64,000 nt of DNA, taken from Octopus bimaculoides (Eukaryota). Positions within the stretch are counted from its first letter, which is position 1; each line of letters begins with the position of its first letter. The notes beneath the pieces are model-generated. The model was not told the origin of the DNA. It ran no database searches and worked only from the letters and a program-made list of their open reading frames with translations. Below are positions 59,515 through 64,000 of the stretch, one piece after another. The DNA lies in contig NC_068991.1 in NCBI RefSeq assembly GCF_001194135.2, positions 41,024,334-41,088,333 of the forward strand, given 5' to 3'. The position numbers were made by a program, and so were the translations under genes.

Positions 59515-60612
59515 AGACTAAAAAAAAGGACTTTAATTTGGTGTAAATACATATGATGAGCCTAGTGGTGGTCGAGCATTTTTTAAAAGTTCATTACATG
59601 AACATTTCTATTATCATTATACATTCACTTTCTATACAGGCACGAATTGGACAGATTGTTACTGCTCTTACATGGACGAGAGGACATCGCTCATGTGAGT
59701 TTCACTTCTGACATAACTTCTATGAATGGATGCCCTTCCTAACACCAACTACTTTACAGTATACAGTGTGCATTCTTTTTGTTTGACACCAGGGCTGGAG
59801 AGATTATGTCTTCAAGAAATGCTAAGGGGCTCTAGCTAGACCACTAAAGGTCTTCTCAAACTGACACTTAGAGTTCACTTGGTGCATGTTATTCTAACAT
59901 CAAAGAAGATAGGGTTTAGAAACCAATGGATACCATGAATTGGATAGTGAGATTAAATTTAAAATTACTATTGCTATAACAATAGTCTTTATTTTGAAAT
60001 TCTTATTGCTAACCTATTATCATAGATATCATTCATGAGTAAAACTGAAAGAAGTAAAAATTTGGAAAACTGAACTGAAAACTAAAGTTTGCAAAGTTGA
60101 AAGCAGCATGTTATACTCCAAAATTGTCAAAGTTAGTACAGACATTTTTTTAAAATTAAGTATACTAAAATACAATGAAAGCAACTTATTGTGATCACTC
60201 TGGACAGCCTTTTAGATAACAATATCCAGTTGACACTGCTTTTAGGACTCAACTCACTAATTTTGCTAATAACTTTCTCACAATATTAACCATGATTGTA
60301 ATAAGCAGCTTCTACTGCATATTTGCATTAACAGATAATTTTGCTGCAGAATCAATCTCTGGAGAATATATACAAAATTCCTGAGAGCAAAGCACTGACT
60401 TCTGGAATGCTGAAAATGAAGACTGTCTTTAGAAGATTCTAACTTCAGATATGAAATAGAAGCAGGGCTTGTGTAATAAACATTATCAATGACTTATACT
60501 CAATGTATAAGCTTCATGTATTTGCCAGTAATCTGTGACTTGGTATGGTGGAGAATGCTCTCTCAAAGTGGTGGGTGTTAAAACACCTGAAAAATCAGGT
60601 GAGATAACTTAC

Positions 60613-60720
60613 CTCTAATCCTATCCAGGAGTGATGGACATTGATATTTCGCCATTTTTGTGGCTTATCAACATCACATACTCAAACCGGATCAGAGATG
60701 AATCATATTGCCAGTAGCAT
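60613..60720 (-). other. Candidate upstream (5'UTR) exon containing an ATG
   Basis: Strong donor AGAG|GTAAGT at 60613. CAAAAATGG at 60655 opens MAKYQCPSLLDRIR (phase 1). The 5' boundary is unknown. Confidence 0.35.
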
Positions 60721-60841
60721 GCTAACTGAGTGGGTATGCCCAAACACTGCAGCACTAGTGTAATAAGCATTATCAACCACATATATTTCATGTATATGCT
60801 TCACGTATTGCAAGTTGGCGTGGTGAAGAAGACTCTCTCAA

Positions 60842-60908
60842 AGTGCATATATACATGCATATATATAGTATATATATATAAATATATATACATATATGTA
60901 TGTATGTA

Positions 60909-60960
<52 letters not shown>
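60842..60960. repeat. Compound (TA)n/(TATG)n/(TG)n microsatellite
   Basis: Directly visible. Similar (TA)n tracts lie at 11340-11390, 16968-17003, 56226-56257 and 56627-56668, and several border N-runs. Confidence 0.95.
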
Positions 60961-60961
<1 letters not shown>

Positions 60962-62175
60962 CATCATCATCATCGTTTAACGTCCGCTTTCCATGCTAGC
61001 ATGGGTTGGACGATTTGACTGAGGACTGGTGAACCGGATGGCTGCACCAGGCTCCAATCTGATCTGGCAGAGTTTCTACAGCAGGATGCCCTTCCTAACA
61101 CCAACCACTCCAAGAGTGTAGTGGGTGCTTTTACGTGCCACCGGCACAAGGGCCAGTCAGGTGGTACTGGCAATGGTCACACTCAAAATGGTGTTTTTTA
61201 CGTGCCACCTGCACAGGAGCCAGTCCNNNNNNNNNNNNNNNNNNNNNNNNNNNNNNNNNNNNNNNNNNNNNNNNNNNNNNNNNNNNNNNNNNNNNNNNNN
61301 NNNNNNNNNNNNNNNNNNNNNNNNNNNNNNNNNNNNNNNNNNNNNNNNNNNNNNNNNNNNNNNNNNNNNNNNNNNNNNNNNNNNNNNNNNNNNNNNNNNN
61401 NNNNNNNNNNNNNNNNTATATATATATATATATATATATATATGTCATCATCATCATCATCATTTAATGTCCATTTTCCAGGCTGGCATATCATAGACGG
61501 TTTGACTGAGGTCTGGAGAGCCAGTGGCTGCACCAAGCTCCAATCTGATCTGGAAATATTTCTACAGTTGCATGCCCTTCCTAACGCCAACCACTCTGTG
61601 AGTGTAGCAGGTGCTTTTTACATTCTACTGGCACAGGACCCAGTCAGGCGGGCCTGGCATCGATCACATTCAGATAGTGCTTTTTACATGCCACCTGCAT
61701 GGTTGCCAGTCAGGGAGTAGTGGCATCAGCCACGTTCAGATAGTGCTTTCTACATGCCACCATCACGAGAGCCAGTCAGTGGGTACTGGCATTGGCCACA
61801 TTTGGATGGTACTTCTTACGTATCACCAGCATGGGAGCCAGTCAGGGGGCATTGGCCACAGCTATGATGTTGGTTTTACTTGACGCAGCAGGTCTCCTCA
61901 AGCACATCATATCGCATGACGCATCAGGGGTACTCTTAACTGGGCCAGACATGCATGGTTGCAATTTCACTTTTGTTGCCAGGTCTTCTCAATCACAGCA
62001 TATCTCCAAAGGTTTCAGTCTCTTGTTATTTCCTCTGTGAAGCCCAATGTTCGAAGATTATGCTTCACCACTCATCCAATGTCTTCTTGAGTCTACCACT
62101 TCCACAGATTCCTTCCACATTTAGGGAGTAGCACTTCTTCATGCTACTAGCTTCATTTCTTTTAAGCCCATGAAA
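60961..62175 (-). mobile_element. Two adjacent RTE 3' fragments separated by an N-run and (TA)n
   Basis: Two (CAT)n-TTTAA(C/T)GTCC...CCATG tails (60961, 61445), internal GTGCTTTTTAC units, and an RT C-terminal remnant at about 61980-62170. Confidence 0.85.
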
Positions 62176-62189
62176 AGAAGAAGGCAGAA

Positions 62190-62845
62190 AAGGAGGCCAG
62201 GGCTGTCAAAAATATTAAGACAAACCCTAAAGCCTTCTATAGATATACAAAAGAAGCTGCTTCAGTACGGTACAAAATAGGGCCACTACTTGAAATGGCT
62301 CACGGACTGCAGACCTCCAGAGGATCAGTGAAATACTGAATGTGCAATACAAGAGTGCTTTCACAACTCCACTGGGACACTTGCAAGTAGCTATGCCTGA
62401 GTTCATTGGCTCCACAGATCTACACAGCATAATGGCAATTATTGAGCACCAGCATAGAGGAAACTGATATGATATCAGCCATTTGATGAGATGAGCTCAA
62501 ACTCAGCAACAGGCCCTGACAGATTCCCAGCAATCCTCCTAAAGAAATGCAAAGGAGCTCTAGCTAGACCACTTCAGATTCTCTTTCAGAGCTTCCTCAC
62601 AACAGGGAGACTTCCCCAAAAAGTTAAAGGAAGGCATTATATACCCTATCCATAAGGGAGATAACAGAGCAGACACTAAGAATTATAAACCTCTCTCGCT
62701 AATTTTTCATGTCGGCAAAGTCATGGAGCGCATTGTCATGAAGAAACTAATTGCGTTCCTTGGAGATAATGACTTACTTCCTGAAACCCAGCATGGCTTT
62801 CGCTCAGGCAGAAGCTACCTCACAGTTTTTGCAACACAATGCTAG
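62190..62845 (+). mobile_element. Degenerate CR1/Jockey-group LINE reverse transcriptase fragment
   Basis: IKTNPKAFYRY...SATGPDRFPAILLKKCKGALARPLQILFQSFLTTGRLP...PIHKGDNRADTKNYKPLSL...KVMERIV...QHGFRSGRSYLT. Confidence 0.8.
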
Positions 62846-64000
62846 TGCATATTTCAACTTCACATTTAAGAAAGCCTTCAACTGTTTTATAAATTTAAGC
62901 TTAAGCTTCACCGAGGTTTATTTTTGTTGTTAATTCACGCATTTAATTCTGTTATATGAAATTATTGTGCAATATATGACGACATGTTGTTTATACTCAC
63001 GGACTTGTTGTTTATACCCAAGAAATGGACTTGCTGTTTATACCCAAGTAATGGACAACGCACAGAGTATAGATTATTTCTATAACATCATTCTCTGTTA
63101 GTAAATTTTTTTTCTCACAACAATTCAAAGGAATGTTAAAGATAATTTATTTTAATAACATGAACTGTCAGTATAGAGAATCAAATGAAAAAAAATGTAA
63201 AACAGTGCAAAGTTTTGTAATTAGTGGCAGGGTAAGGGTGAATATTTAAAAGAATTTGCAGCGTGTAAGATGTTTGTAATCAATTCCAGAACAAAGACTG
63301 TTAGTTTCACTGCAACATTTAAATTTCATTTGTGTCTACATATTTTCCTTCTTTGAAGCCACGAAAAACTCTGACAAAAATTCGTGCTGCATCTGTTTTG
63401 TCAGTGAACAAGTTGCGGTTTCAAAGTGACGAAAATATTGAGATTTAAATGTTGCTGTGAAACTAAGTTTTTCTTTTTTCATGTATGTCTTCTTGAATAG
63501 CTTACAAACATCTACACTGCAATTGTTTCTGTTAATACTATTATGCAGAAGACAGAATCAAAGAAATTTTGTGTGCAAATTTTTGTTTACATCTTTATTT
63601 ATAGCATAGATAATTTTTCCTCTGAAATGCCGCCTTCAGCCTCCAGGACACATTGGTCGTCCCCAGGCTATAGTTGAAGACACTTACCCAAGGTGCCATG
63701 TAGTGGTACTGAACCTGGAACTGTGTGGTTGGGAAGAATATTCATTTTTGAGGGAAAAAAATTGGATCGTGTGAATTTTCCCGGCCCTCCTCCCCACATT
63801 CGTCATTTTTTTTTGTTTCATATTCGTTTAGTACACATTATTTTACACCTATTGCATTTGGCGGGGAGGGTTGCTGGGTGTCGAAGTCAGGTTAGTAGAC
63901 CGTGTGAATTATCCGAGTCCGTATCCCCCACCCCGTCACAAAAATTGAAAAAAAAAATAAGGTTAATGTTTACAACTTAACCCGGAAACGAAAATCAGAA

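Overview
AT-rich, repeat-dense animal genomic DNA with seven N-runs. The repeat families (RTE elements with (GAT)n tails, tRNA-derived SINEs, mariner, piggyBac MITEs) suggest an Octopus genome; this is an inference from recalled repeat consensus sequences, not a database result. Most ORFs in the supplied track are spurious or transposon remnants. Manual splice-phase assembly gave three host genes. (1) TMEM167B/kish-B on +, 3 coding exons (3432-10867), 74 aa. (2) An intronless sarcoplasmic calcium-binding protein (SCP)-like EF-hand CDS on + (29406-30032), 208 aa. (3) The main finding: a 14-coding-exon gene on - (59514 to 34855), about 595 aa, with an N-terminal bHLH and a C-terminal HMG box, the architecture of the vertebrate meiotic initiator MEIOSIN/BHMG1. 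All 13 introns are GT-AG and phase-consistent. The ORF track shows only fragments of this gene. The rest is nested mobile DNA: non-autonomous Helitrons, two carrying a mariner derivative at the same TA tract, with an empty-site copy also present; a CRE-type retroelement and an RTE each inserted into the same TTAA MITE family; a piggyBac fossil; a maT/DD37D-like fossil; a Gypsy gag remnant; and many RTE and SINE copies. Several inverted repeats could form dsRNA, including one whose stem covers both splice sites of an exon-like segment (31092-31339).
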